Assembly (NCBI GenBank): GCA_965368975.1
Contig: CBDUPA010000018.1
Location: 64,001 to 128,000 of the forward strand
Length of the DNA: 64,000 nt
Direction: 5' to 3'
Source: an uncultured bacterium
GTDB taxonomy: Bacteria > Acidobacteriota > Thermoanaerobaculia > Multivoradales > JAHZIX01
Shown here: positions 18,864 through 28,635 of the stretch, piece by piece
Layout: each line of letters starts with the position of its first letter
Numbering within the stretch: the first letter of the stretch is position 1
Notes under the pieces: model-generated
The model's database searches: none
The model's input: the letters and a program-made list of their open reading frames with translations, nothing else
What the model was told of the DNA's origin: nothing
Made by a program: the position numbers and the translations under genes

Positions 18864-19815
18864 CTACTCTCCGCCAAGGGCTCGGATTTGCGCCACACGC
18901 TGGCGTAGGTTGTCGTCCTTGTCGATCGAGAAGCTGCGGCCGTGTCCCAGTTCCTCGCGCAGGAAGCGGCTGAGATCCGCAGCAGTCTCTTGCATCGCAG
19001 CCTCGACGCTGGCCGCTGCCTGGGTGTCGAAGCAGCGGTAGACAACCTCACCAGCGTCCGGATCGAATTCCCAGAAACCGGCGATACGGTCGTTGTTCGC
19101 CGAAAATAGCTTACAGGCCAGGCAGATCAGGCGGCAGCTCGACACCTTCGAACGGATCGGACGCCGGCAGTCGCCACAGGTATTGCTCGCTGTCGAGCCG
19201 CCGGCCGACAAACGCGCGTTCGAGGCGGCCAGCAAATTCGAGAGCGCGGAGCGCCGGCGGCAGGGTCGACGAGAGGCCGACCTTCTTGCCGACTTCGCCG
19301 AGGCTTCGCACCAGACCTTCAGGGAGCGCTTGACGTAGTTGCGTCGGAGTCATCGGACCGGCCGCCAGCGCGTCGATCACGGCGTTACCGACCTGCTCCA
19401 GCTCTCCGGGCCGAATGCCTGTCTTCTCTTGCTCTCGTTCGGTACGCTTGCGACCGAGGTGCGCGGCGAGTCGCAGGGACGCGGCCTGCACGCGCCGAGG
19501 TACTAGGTAGATGCAGCCGCGCACCGACGGTAAGACACGCAGGTCTCCACGCTCGACCGCGGCGTCGAGCTCGGCTCGTTGCAGGCCCGGGATACGGGCG
19601 CGTAGCGCGACGTAGACGTCGACCCCACCGAGCGTCCGCACCAAACCGGTCCGCTCGACAAGGCTCTCCAAACAGGGAGAGTTGCCAGACGCCAGGGCGC
19701 TACCGTCATGGCTAGCGCCCCGCCCGAGCCCCTGCGCCTGCAGCATCCCTTGCCGGGCTTGCTGCGAACTCAGTCGCAGTGTCGTCGTTGCCGATCGAGT
19801 CTTGCCCGCTTGCAT
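18864..19815 (-). pseudogene. AlkZ/YcaQ-like winged-helix DNA glycosylase, split and internally deleted
   Basis: The N-terminal part (VALRARIPG, SVRGCIYLVP) stops at TAA 19111. A C-terminal fragment (DRIAGFWEFD) follows immediately in another frame. The central region appears to be missing. Confidence 0.55.
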
Positions 19816-19928
19816 GGATTCCCTCCAGAGTTGCCGCGCAACCTACCACAGCCCCATCGTGTCGACTCACCAGGCAGGCGCGCGCCTGGGCTAAGATGGC
19901 TCGCAACACCTGTAAGGAGATCTCGACT

Positions 19929-20270
19929 ATGCCCCAGCTGCGCCGCCTCGTCGTTCCGGCCCTCTTGATTGTCAGCTCCCTGAGCCTCGGCTACGCCCTC
20001 GGTGTCAGCCAGAGTCTCGACGCGCAACCAGACCTGCGCCAGGTCGATGAAGATCAATTACCGCTGAGCGTCGTCGGGCCACCAGGACGTCCAGCGCACA
20101 CGGTCTACATGTACCGGCGGGCCGAGAAGGAAAAAGCGGCCAAGGCGATGACCGAACTGCACGCCTACATGGCCAGCAAAGGCTATACCTTCTCGGACCT
20201 GGAACCGTACCTGGAGAACTCGGATCTCGAAGGATGGTGGATCACCTACGTAGCGCTCGATTCGCCGTAG
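19929..20270 (+). CDS. Hypothetical exported protein
   Basis: AAGGAGA RBS; signal-like N-terminus MPQLRRLVVPALLIV. Confidence 0.65.
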   Translation: MPQLRRLVVPALLIVSSLSLGYALGVSQSLDAQPDLRQVDEDQLPLSVVGPPGRPAHTVYMYRRAEKEKAAKAMTELHAYMASKGYTFSDLEPYLENSDLEGWWITYVALDSP

Positions 20271-20392
20271 CCGGCAAGTTCCGGTTGCCGGTAAGTCCGG
20301 TGCCACACTTGTCGGCACCACCTACCGCGAGTCGCGTTCTCGGAATAACCAGGGCGAATACCTTGCCCCGCTCATGGTATCCTCAAAGGATT

Positions 20393-21211
20393 ATGCGTAC
20401 CCTGATTTCACTTGCCCTCTCCTCGACGCTGGTTGTGGCCGCCGGCCTACCCATCGACGAGGCTCTGGCGAACGATTCTGCTGGTGACCCTCAAGCTCCC
20501 TCTCATCTTGCCAACATCCTCGAGAGGGGCGAGCTACACATGCTGTGCTTTCCGAAGCTCGACGGTCCGTACGTACGGCCGCGACTGGAGGTACTGCGGG
20601 AGCGGGGAGTGCCGCTCAACGAGCTGCACGATCCCGAGGCCTACGCGGGCATCGACGTCGACCTGGTGCGCGGCTTCGCTGCCGATCTCGGGGTGGAGCT
20701 GGTGATCCAGCCGATCACGACGTCGTACCAGGATCTGGTGAAGGCGCTGGTCGAGGGGCAAGGCGATCTCATCGCCAGCTCGCTGACCATCACCGACAGT
20801 CGCGAAGAACTTCTCGACTTCTCCATCCCGACCGAGACCGTCTGGGCAGTTGTCGCTGTGCCGCCGGATGTCATGATCGAGGATCTCGACGATCTGGTAG
20901 GTACCCGCGGCGCCGTAATGCGCGGCTCGAGCCACCAGGAGTTGCTCGAGAAGCTCAACCTGGAAGGCATCGAGTTCGTGCTCACAGACTTCAGCCTCGA
21001 GAACTACGAACGTCTGGTCGATGGCGAGGCCGACTTCCTGGTGATGGACTCCAAGGCCGAGATCGGCCAGGCGCCGGAACCAGGGCTGGACAAGGCCAAG
21101 GTGGTGCTGCGACTGAGCCAGACTTCGTACGCTGTCGCCCTGCCTTCAGGAAGTGACCTGAAGCCGCGGCTCGACACCTACCTGCGATCACAGCAGAGGC
21201 CGGCCGACTGA
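20393..21211 (+). CDS. Polar amino-acid-type substrate-binding protein (SBP family 3)
   Basis: GIDVDLVRGFA, GDLIASSLTITDSR..DFS motifs; signal peptide. Confidence 0.85.
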   Translation: MRTLISLALSSTLVVAAGLPIDEALANDSAGDPQAPSHLANILERGELHMLCFPKLDGPYVRPRLEVLRERGVPLNELHDPEAYAGIDVDLVRGFAADLGVELVIQPITTSYQDLVKALVEGQGDLIASSLTITDSREELLDFSIPTETVWAVVAVPPDVMIEDLDDLVGTRGAVMRGSSHQELLEKLNLEGIEFVLTDFSLENYERLVDGEADFLVMDSKAEIGQAPEPGLDKAKVVLRLSQTSYAVALPSGSDLKPRLDTYLRSQQRPAD

Positions 21212-21320
21212 AGTTCGCCTCTGCTCAGCGTACCCTTGATCGACTCGGCGATGCTCCTTAGCCACGGAACCGGCGTCGCGATCCAGCTGCGACGTTGGCT
21301 CTGAGGCTCTACCGACTACG

Positions 21321-22205
21321 ATGCTTGACAGAGACCTCCGTCTTCATGCCTTGAGACTGCGAGCCACCTGGCTTGCCGCGGGGATCGTGTGCCTGCTGAG
21401 CTGCGGCTTCGTGCTCGACAGCTTGGCTGCCGAGCCGATCAGACAAGGGCCGCAAGGTGGGGATGCTGGCGGCTTCGATCACGGGGACTGGACTCTGGTT
21501 CTCGAGCGCTTCGTCGACCGCCAAGGCTTGGTCGACTATGCGGCATTGGCGAAGAATCGAGCGACCTTCGACCGCTACCTCGAGCGCATCAAGAAGGTCA
21601 GCCCCCGCTCGCATCCACAGCTCTTCCCGACCCGCGACGACGCCTTGGCCTACTACCTCAACGCCTACAACGCCTTGGTCTTCGAAGGCGTCCTCGGGCG
21701 AGGACCGGAGGAGACGAGTGTCTGGCGCGGTATCGTGTCCGGCTATAGCTTCTTCGTCCGTATGCGCATCCGGATCGGCGGCGAGACGATGAACCTCAAG
21801 TCGCTCGAGGACGACATCGTGCGCGCCGAATTCCAGGACCCACGGATCCACGCAGCGCTCAATTGCGCCTCAATCGGTTGCCCACGCCTGCCGCGCGAGG
21901 CCTTTGTCGCAGATCGCCTCAGTCACCAGCTCGACTCTGCGATGACGGAGTTCGTCACCGACTCGCGACATGTGGAGCTGGATACCGAAGACCGCACAGT
22001 AACCCTGTCGCAGATTTTCGAGTGGTTCGCCGAAGACTTCCTCACCGATGAGCAGAATCAAGGCGCGGACGAACCGTCTGTCCTCTCCTACATCAACCGC
22101 TACCGCGACGGCGCGGGACCGATCCCTGAAGACTATGCGGTGCGCTACTCTGAGTACGACAAGCGCATCAACAGCGTGGGTGTCGGAGCGCCAGCCGGCC
22201 CCTGA
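21321..22205 (+). CDS. DUF547 domain protein
   Basis: LAYYLNAYNA, DPRIHAALNCASIGCP and LSQIFEWFAEDF. Confidence 0.9.
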   Translation: MLDRDLRLHALRLRATWLAAGIVCLLSCGFVLDSLAAEPIRQGPQGGDAGGFDHGDWTLVLERFVDRQGLVDYAALAKNRATFDRYLERIKKVSPRSHPQLFPTRDDALAYYLNAYNALVFEGVLGRGPEETSVWRGIVSGYSFFVRMRIRIGGETMNLKSLEDDIVRAEFQDPRIHAALNCASIGCPRLPREAFVADRLSHQLDSAMTEFVTDSRHVELDTEDRTVTLSQIFEWFAEDFLTDEQNQGADEPSVLSYINRYRDGAGPIPEDYAVRYSEYDKRINSVGVGAPAGP

Positions 22206-22242
22206 TCTATCCGATCGGCTGCCTACCCCTTAGAGTTTCCCC

Positions 22243-24777
22243 ATGATCGTTCAGAAATTCGGTGGTTCCTCCGTCGCCACACCGGACCGCATCCGCCGCG
22301 TCGTCCAGATCGTCGCGAATGCCAGCACGCGTGGCCCCGTAGCGATCGTGGTCTCGGCACTCGGCGGCGCAACCGATGCTTTGCTCGACGCTGCCGCGAC
22401 AGCGGCGCGCGGCGAGGCCGGCTGGCGCAGAGGGTTGAGTGACCTGGCACTGCGCCATCGCGACGCAGCGACCGAGTTGGCGCTGCCCGAAGAGTTGAAG
22501 AACCTGCGCCTGCAACAAGAGGCCGCTTTCAGTGAGCTTGGCGACTTGTTGCACGGCATCGAGCTGGTGCGCGAGGCCAGCGCCCGCACACGCGACAGTC
22601 TGAGCAGCTATGGCGAGCGGTTGTCCGCACCGCTGGTGGCAGCCGCGCTGCGCCGGCACGGCCTCGATGCCCGAGCCTGCGACGCCCGCGAGCTACTCGT
22701 CACCGACGCCAGCTTCGGTCAGGCACGCGTCGACATCGAGCAAAGCTACCAACGGGTGCGCCAGCACTTCGAGTCTGCGGCGTCAAGAGCCGCCGGGGCA
22801 CCGATCCAGGTGGTGACCGGGTACATCGCGGCCACACCGCAGGGGGAAACGACGACGCTGGGTCGCGGCGGTTCGGACTACAGCGCGTCGCTGCTGGGCG
22901 CGGCGCTCGCTGCCGAGGCGGTGGAACTGTGGACCGACGTCGACGGTGTGATGAGCGCCGACCCGCGCCTGGTCGGGGACGCACGCTCTTTGCCACACTT
23001 GACGTACCCCGAGCTGATGGAGCTGTCGCACTTCGGCGCCAAAGTCGTGTATCCGCCGAGCGTCCACCCGACGCGCCAGGCGGGCGTACCGTTGCTGATC
23101 CGCAACACGCTCAACCCAGATTTCGAGGGCACGCGCGTCACGGCTGAGCCACCAGCCGACACAGCACCGGACGGCACACCGCTGCCAGATGCCTGCGGAA
23201 TCTCGGCCATTCGCAGTATCTCGCTCCTGCGCCTGGAAGGCGACGGCATGGTCGGGGTTCCGGGTATTGCCATGCGCCTCTTTGGGTCTCTGGCGCGGCG
23301 GGAAATCAACGTCATCCTGATCAGCCAGGCGTCCTCGGAACACTCGATCTGCTTCGCGGTGGCACCGGAAGCCGCGCAGGCGGCAGTCGACGCTCTGGAC
23401 GCCGAGTTCCAGCTCGAACAGCAAGTTGGCCTGATCGATCCGCCGCTGGTCGAAACGGGCCTGTCGGTGGTCGCCGTCGTCGGTGCGCGACTGCGTAGGC
23501 ACGCGGGCGTTGCCGGCAAGATCTTTGCCGTCCTGGGTGACAACGGCGTCAACGTACGCGCCATCGCCCAGGGCTCCTCAGAGCTGAACGTATCGCTGGT
23601 GGTCTCCGAGACACGCCTGAAGGCGGCGCTCAACGCCCTGCATCGAGCCTTCTTCACCCCGCGACGCTGCGTCGAGGTCGCTCTCGCAGGCGTCGGTCGG
23701 GTCGGCGCCGCGCTACTGCAACAGTTGACGGAACAGGCACCTCGGCTGGTACAAGAGCTTGGCATCGAGCTGCGGCTGGTGGCCCTGGCCGGTCGGGCTG
23801 GCGTCCTGCGCGCCGCCGAAGGCGAATCCCTGGATTTCAGCACGGCGCTGGGTCAGCTGCGCCAAGCAGCCTCGGCCGGGCAACCCGCGCTGGACTCCTT
23901 GGAGGATCTGCGCCTGAGCTGGACACAGGACCCGCGACCAGGCCGAGTCTTCGTCGACTGCACCGCCTCCGCAGCCGTCGCCGCCGAACACGCAACGCTG
24001 CTGGCGGCGGGCGTCCATGTCGTCACCGCCAACAAGCTGAGAGTTGCCGGCAGCCTGGCCGACTACCGGCCGCTGATCTGGCCACGACGCCAAGCCCCCG
24101 GCCCTGCTGCCGGGCGTCTGTACTATGAAGCCACGGTGGGTGCAGGCTTGCCTGTGGTACGCACGCTGCAGGATCTGCGCCGTACGGGCGACCGTATTCA
24201 GCGCATCGAGGGCCTGTTCTCGGGCACCCTGAGCTTCCTCATGGATCGCTTGCACAGCGGGCTGAGCTTCAGCGCCGCGGTGCGCGAGGCACACGAGGCC
24301 GGCTACACCGAGCCCGATCCGCGCGAGGACCTCTCCGGCCGCGACGTCGCGCGCAAGCTGCTGATCCTCGCCCGCCTGGCCGGCTTCGAGATCGAACCGG
24401 AGGCCGTAGCGGTCGAGCCCTTGCTGCCCCCGGACCCCTGGGCTGCGTATTCTCTGGATGAGTTCTGGCAGCACTTGGATTCGCTCGATGCCGAGTTCGA
24501 GCAGCGACGAGTGGAGGCTGAAGCCGCGGGCCAGCGACTGTGCATCCTCGGCCGTCTGGATGCCGATGGCGCCACCGTCGAGCTGGCCGCTGTCGCCTCG
24601 GATCATCCCGCCGCCGCCGTGCGCGGCAGCGACAATCTGATTGCTTTCAGCACAGACCGGTACGACCCATCACCGCTGGTGGTGCGCGGACCGGGGGCTG
24701 GCCCCGCGGTGACCGCCGGTGGCGTCTTCTCGGACCTACTCCGAGCAGCGATCGAAATCCGCCGGGAAACGCCATGA
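22243..24777 (+). CDS. thrA: Bifunctional aspartokinase/homoserine dehydrogenase
   Basis: KFGGSS, TLGRGGSDYSA, two ACT domains, YEATVGAGLP, GYTEPDPREDLSG. Confidence 0.95.
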   Translation: MIVQKFGGSSVATPDRIRRVVQIVANASTRGPVAIVVSALGGATDALLDAAATAARGEAGWRRGLSDLALRHRDAATELALPEELKNLRLQQEAAFSELGDLLHGIELVREASARTRDSLSSYGERLSAPLVAAALRRHGLDARACDARELLVTDASFGQARVDIEQSYQRVRQHFESAASRAAGAPIQVVTGYIAATPQGETTTLGRGGSDYSASLLGAALAAEAVELWTDVDGVMSADPRLVGDARSLPHLTYPELMELSHFGAKVVYPPSVHPTRQAGVPLLIRNTLNPDFEGTRVTAEPPADTAPDGTPLPDACGISAIRSISLLRLEGDGMVGVPGIAMRLFGSLARREINVILISQASSEHSICFAVAPEAAQAAVDALDAEFQLEQQVGLIDPPLVETGLSVVAVVGARLRRHAGVAGKIFAVLGDNGVNVRAIAQGSSELNVSLVVSETRLKAALNALHRAFFTPRRCVEVALAGVGRVGAALLQQLTEQAPRLVQELGIELRLVALAGRAGVLRAAEGESLDFSTALGQLRQAASAGQPALDSLEDLRLSWTQDPRPGRVFVDCTASAAVAAEHATLLAAGVHVVTANKLRVAGSLADYRPLIWPRRQAPGPAAGRLYYEATVGAGLPVVRTLQDLRRTGDRIQRIEGLFSGTLSFLMDRLHSGLSFSAAVREAHEAGYTEPDPREDLSGRDVARKLLILARLAGFEIEPEAVAVEPLLPPDPWAAYSLDEFWQHLDSLDAEFEQRRVEAEAAGQRLCILGRLDADGATVELAAVASDHPAAAVRGSDNLIAFSTDRYDPSPLVVRGPGAGPAVTAGGVFSDLLRAAIEIRRETP

Positions 24778-25862
24778 GCTTCACGCGCATTCCCGTCGCC
24801 GTTCTCGGCGCCACCGGCAGTGTCGGTCAGCGCTTCGTCTCTCTGCTCGCCAACCACCCGTGGTTCGAGTTGCAGGCCGTCACCGCCTCCGAGCGCTCCG
24901 CGGGCTCGTTGTATGGTGACACGACCCAATGGCTGCAGACCACGCCGCTGCCGGCCTACATCGCGGGGCTGAAGGTCCTACCGACCGAGCCGCGGGCGGT
25001 GCTCGCCTCCGGGGTCCGGCTGGTGTTTTCGGCCCTGGGCAGCGACGTGGCGCGCCAGGTCGAGCGACCGCTGGCTGCGGCCGGTGCTCTGGTGGTGTCG
25101 AATGCTGGAGCTCACCGCATGGATCCGGACGTTCCGCTGGTGGTACCCGAGGTCAACCCCGATCACGTCAACCTGGCCGCCGCCGCTCAGGACAGCCCCG
25201 GAGCGCTGCTCACCAATCCCAACTGCTCCACCATCGGCCTGGTGATGGCGCTGAAACCGCTGGTCGACGCCTTTGGGCTGCGCACGGTCTCGGTGGTCAC
25301 TCTGCAAGCCGTCTCGGGCGCCGGCCTGCCCGGCGTGCCGAGCGTGCAGATCCTCGACAACCTCGTGCCCTACATCGGTGGCGAAGAAGAGAAGGTCGAG
25401 AGCGAGACACGCAAGATCCTCGGCACCCTGAGGAGACAGAGCATCACGCCACACCGCCTGGGGATCAGCGCTCAGTGCACGCGGGTGCCGGTGATCGACG
25501 GCCACACCGCCTGCGTGTCGGTCGAATTGGACAGCGATGCAGATGCCGTAGAGCCCGCCGATGTCCTCGCTGCCTGGCGCGACTTCACGGCCGCACCGCA
25601 GCAGCTCGGCCTGCCGACAGCTCCACGCCGCCCGGTGCACGTACTCGACGAGGTAGACGCACCGCAACCGCGCCTGCACCGCGATCTCGACGGCGGCATG
25701 GCCGCCAGCGTCGGCCGCCTGCGTCACTGCCCGCTGCTGCACTACAAGTTCGTCACCCTGTCGCACAACACTCTGCGCGGCGCCGCGGGCGGCTCCTTGC
25801 TGCTCGCCGAACTGGCCGTCGCACGAGGCTTGCTGCAGGGCGTCACGCCACCCCAGAGCTGA
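24774..25862 (+). CDS. asd: Aspartate-semialdehyde dehydrogenase
   Basis: GATGSVGQ, NPNCST, QAVSGAG, HNTLRGAAG; ATGA overlap with thrA. Confidence 0.95.
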   Translation: MSFTRIPVAVLGATGSVGQRFVSLLANHPWFELQAVTASERSAGSLYGDTTQWLQTTPLPAYIAGLKVLPTEPRAVLASGVRLVFSALGSDVARQVERPLAAAGALVVSNAGAHRMDPDVPLVVPEVNPDHVNLAAAAQDSPGALLTNPNCSTIGLVMALKPLVDAFGLRTVSVVTLQAVSGAGLPGVPSVQILDNLVPYIGGEEEKVESETRKILGTLRRQSITPHRLGISAQCTRVPVIDGHTACVSVELDSDADAVEPADVLAAWRDFTAAPQQLGLPTAPRRPVHVLDEVDAPQPRLHRDLDGGMAASVGRLRHCPLLHYKFVTLSHNTLRGAAGGSLLLAELAVARGLLQGVTPPQS

Positions 25863-25875
25863 GACGGGAGCCACC

Positions 25876-26871
25876 GTGGACCCACACCAGACTGTACGAG
25901 CCTTCGCCCCGGGATCGGTGTCCAACGTCGGTCCCGGCTTCGATGTCTTCGGTTTCGCCGTCGACGGCGTGGGCGACACCGTAGAAGCACGCCGCCGCGA
26001 GCAACCCGGAGTCGTCCTGACCGACATCACCGGTGACGGGGGTCGTCTGCCGCGCGAGGCTGAGCGCAACACCGCCGGCATCGCTGCCCTGCAGCTCTTG
26101 CGGGCCGCCCGCGAGCGGATGCAGCTGGAAGGTGCCAGTAGCGAGCTGCCCGGCGTCGAGCTGACGCTACACAAGGGCATGCCGCTGGCCAGCGGTCTCG
26201 GTTCCAGCGCCGCCAGCGCCGTCGCCGCGGTGGTCGCCGTCGACGCACTGCTCGGTACCACCCTGCCCCAGGAGACACTGCTGCGCTGTGCCGTCGAGGG
26301 CGAGCGCGTGGCCTGCGGCTCGGCGCACGCGGACAACGCCGCACCGTCACTCTACGGCGGCTTCGTGCTGGTGCGCGGCGCGCCCGCGGGCGGTGACGCT
26401 GGCGCTCATGGAGTCACGCAGCTGCCGGTACCAGAAGGACTGACCTGCGCCCTGCTGCATCCGCACGTCGAGGTCGAGACCCGCGCCGCACGCGAGGCCC
26501 TCGGCGACCGCGTGGCGCTGGCCGCCGCGGTGCGCCAGTGGGGCAATGCCGCCGCCCTCGTAGCATCGCTGTTCCGTGGTGATCTCGACTTGCTCGCTTC
26601 GGCGCTCGAAGATAGCGTCGCCGAGCCAGTGCGCGCCCGCTTCGTGCCCGGTTTTGCGGCCGTGCGCGCCGCCGCCCTGGACGCCGGGGCCCTCGGCTGC
26701 GGCCTGTCCGGCTCGGGGCCGACGATCTTCGCCCTGACCCGCGGCCGGGCCGGCGACATCGCGACAGCCATGCGCGAGGCTCTGACCGCTGCCACCGGCA
26801 TCGATGGCGATCTCTTCACCTCCGACGTCGACGCCCCAGGTGCGCGCGTGGTCGACATTGAGAACGGGTGA
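25876..26871 (+). CDS. thrB: Homoserine kinase
   Basis: NVGPGFD, GHMP motif PLASGLGSSAAS, HADN, SGSGPT. Confidence 0.93.
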   Translation: MDPHQTVRAFAPGSVSNVGPGFDVFGFAVDGVGDTVEARRREQPGVVLTDITGDGGRLPREAERNTAGIAALQLLRAARERMQLEGASSELPGVELTLHKGMPLASGLGSSAASAVAAVVAVDALLGTTLPQETLLRCAVEGERVACGSAHADNAAPSLYGGFVLVRGAPAGGDAGAHGVTQLPVPEGLTCALLHPHVEVETRAAREALGDRVALAAAVRQWGNAAALVASLFRGDLDLLASALEDSVAEPVRARFVPGFAAVRAAALDAGALGCGLSGSGPTIFALTRGRAGDIATAMREALTAATGIDGDLFTSDVDAPGARVVDIENG

Positions 26872-26878
26872 GGCCGCG

Positions 26879-28225
26879 ATGCGCTACCTGAGCACGCACG
26901 GAAACAGCCCGCCGGCCTCTCTGATCGAGGCCCTGACGCGAGGCCTGGCACCGGACGGCGGTTTGTACGTGCCGGAACACTTTCCGAACCCCGCCTTGCC
27001 GGATGCGGCTTCGCCGGATGCACCCGTTTCTCCAGATGCGCTAGCAGCCGCGGCCAGCGCCACTCTGCTCCAGCCTTTCGTGCAGGAACTCTCGCACGAC
27101 GAACTCCGTGCACTACTCGCCGAGGCCCTCGACTTCCCCATCCCTTTGCTGCAAGTGAGCGAGCGCATCTATGTGCTGGAGCTGTTCCACGGCCCAACGC
27201 TGGCCTTCAAGGATGTCGGAGCCCGCGTTATGGCACGCCTGCTGGCGCGCCTGGGTGGCACTGCCGAGTCCACAGACAGCAACAACGCAGACTGCCCCGT
27301 GACCATCCTCGCTGCCACCTCCGGAGACACCGGCGGTGCCGTCGCCGATGCTTTCCACGGCGTCGCCGGCACACGCGTCGCGGTGCTCTACCCGCGCGGC
27401 AAGGTCAGTGCACTGCAGGAACGGCAGTTCGCGACGCTGGGCGGCAACGTGCGCGCCTTCGCCGTCGAGGGAACGTTCGATGACTGCCAGCGGCTCGTCA
27501 AGGGGGCCTTCGCCGATGCCGAGTTGCACCGGCGCTTGCGTCTGACCTCGGCCAACTCGATCAACCTCGGTCGCCTGCTGCCGCAGATGCTCTACTACTT
27601 TCATGCGGTGACCGAACTGCGCCGCCTGGGGAAGCTACCCTTGCGAGCCGAGGCCCTTCGCTTCGCCGTGCCGAGCGGCAACTTCGGCAACTTGACGGCC
27701 GGCCTCTACGCCCGGCAGCTCGGCCTGCCGTGCGGCCGCTTCATCGCCGCCACCAACGCCAACGACGTCGTGCCCGAGTACCTGCAAGCTGGTGTCTACA
27801 CGCCGCGTCCCTCCGTCGCCACCCTGAGCAATGCCATGGACGTCGGCGATCCGAGCAACCTAGCCCGGATCTTGCACCTCTTCGACCGCGACCTCGACGC
27901 CATCCGCCGGCACGTCGAGGCCCGGCGCTGGGACGACAACGCTACCCGCGACGCCATTCGTCAGCTGACCCGCGAACACGACTACATCGCCGATCCGCAC
28001 ACCGCTGTCGGCTGGCTCGGTGCACAAGCGGCACTGCAGGACGACGAGATCGGCATCGTGCTGGCCACAGCCCACCCGGCCAAGTTCCGAGAGGCTGTGG
28101 AGCCCCTCGTCGGCCACCCGCTAGACGTTCCCGACCGCCTCGCCGCCGGACTCGATCGTCCGCTGCTCAGCCAGCCTCTGGTCGCCGACAGCTGCGCCTT
28201 CGAGCAGGCTCTCGTGGCCTGGTAG
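26879..28225 (+). CDS. thrC: Threonine synthase
   Basis: GLAPDGGLY, FHGPTLAFKD, ATSGDTG, SANSIN, PSGNFGN. Confidence 0.95.
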   Translation: MRYLSTHGNSPPASLIEALTRGLAPDGGLYVPEHFPNPALPDAASPDAPVSPDALAAAASATLLQPFVQELSHDELRALLAEALDFPIPLLQVSERIYVLELFHGPTLAFKDVGARVMARLLARLGGTAESTDSNNADCPVTILAATSGDTGGAVADAFHGVAGTRVAVLYPRGKVSALQERQFATLGGNVRAFAVEGTFDDCQRLVKGAFADAELHRRLRLTSANSINLGRLLPQMLYYFHAVTELRRLGKLPLRAEALRFAVPSGNFGNLTAGLYARQLGLPCGRFIAATNANDVVPEYLQAGVYTPRPSVATLSNAMDVGDPSNLARILHLFDRDLDAIRRHVEARRWDDNATRDAIRQLTREHDYIADPHTAVGWLGAQAALQDDEIGIVLATAHPAKFREAVEPLVGHPLDVPDRLAAGLDRPLLSQPLVADSCAFEQALVAW

Positions 28226-28303
28226 CCTTCCAGGCTGTCGCGGCTAGTAGCCTTCCAGGCTGTCGCGGCTAGTAGCCTTCAAGGTTCTCGCGGCTAGTAG
28301 CCT
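28222..28303. repeat. Three tandem 25-bp repeats plus a partial copy
   Basis: GTAGCCTTCCAGGCTGTCGCGGCTA at 28222 and 28247, a variant at 28272, and partial GTAGCCT at 28297. Confidence 0.85.
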
Positions 28304-28389
28304 CGACCTCTGCTGCCAACCACCGGGTAGGCGGGCCGCACAGCACAAATCCCCTGTACAGCAAAAAAGCACTGTGCTAGCCTTATGCA

Positions 28390-28616
28390 CATGTGATGAT
28401 TTCAGGGCACTCCTCCAGAGTGTCCGTACTGGTGTCTACACCAGTGCACTGCAAACTACAGGGTCCTGAACACAATTCCATGCATCCGGCGCAGTGCGTC
28501 GCGTACGAGCGCTGTCAGCGTCGAACATAAGCCTATCCCCCCAGGGTTATACCCAGGGAAACTCTGAAATCTGTGGAACTGCCTCCGTTCACGATCTGGA
28601 CGGAGGCACTTTTTTT
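28390..28616 (+). ncRNA. Candidate structured ncRNA between thrC and murJ
   Basis: Closing stem 28398-28407/28562-28571, internal hairpins, a putative promoter upstream and a terminator downstream. Confidence 0.35.
28580..28616 (+). terminator. Rho-independent terminator
   Basis: TGCCTCCGTTCA/TGGACGGAGGCA stem followed by C and T7. Confidence 0.8.
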
Positions 28617-28635
28617 CCCGGCAGAAAGACCCCCA

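Noticed and set aside
22205-22243. thr attenuator leader peptide
   Set aside because: Only 37 bp separate the DUF547 gene from thrA, with no Thr/Ile-rich leader or terminator.
28222-28303. CRISPR array
   Set aside because: The repeats are contiguous with no unique spacers, and there are no cas genes in the window.
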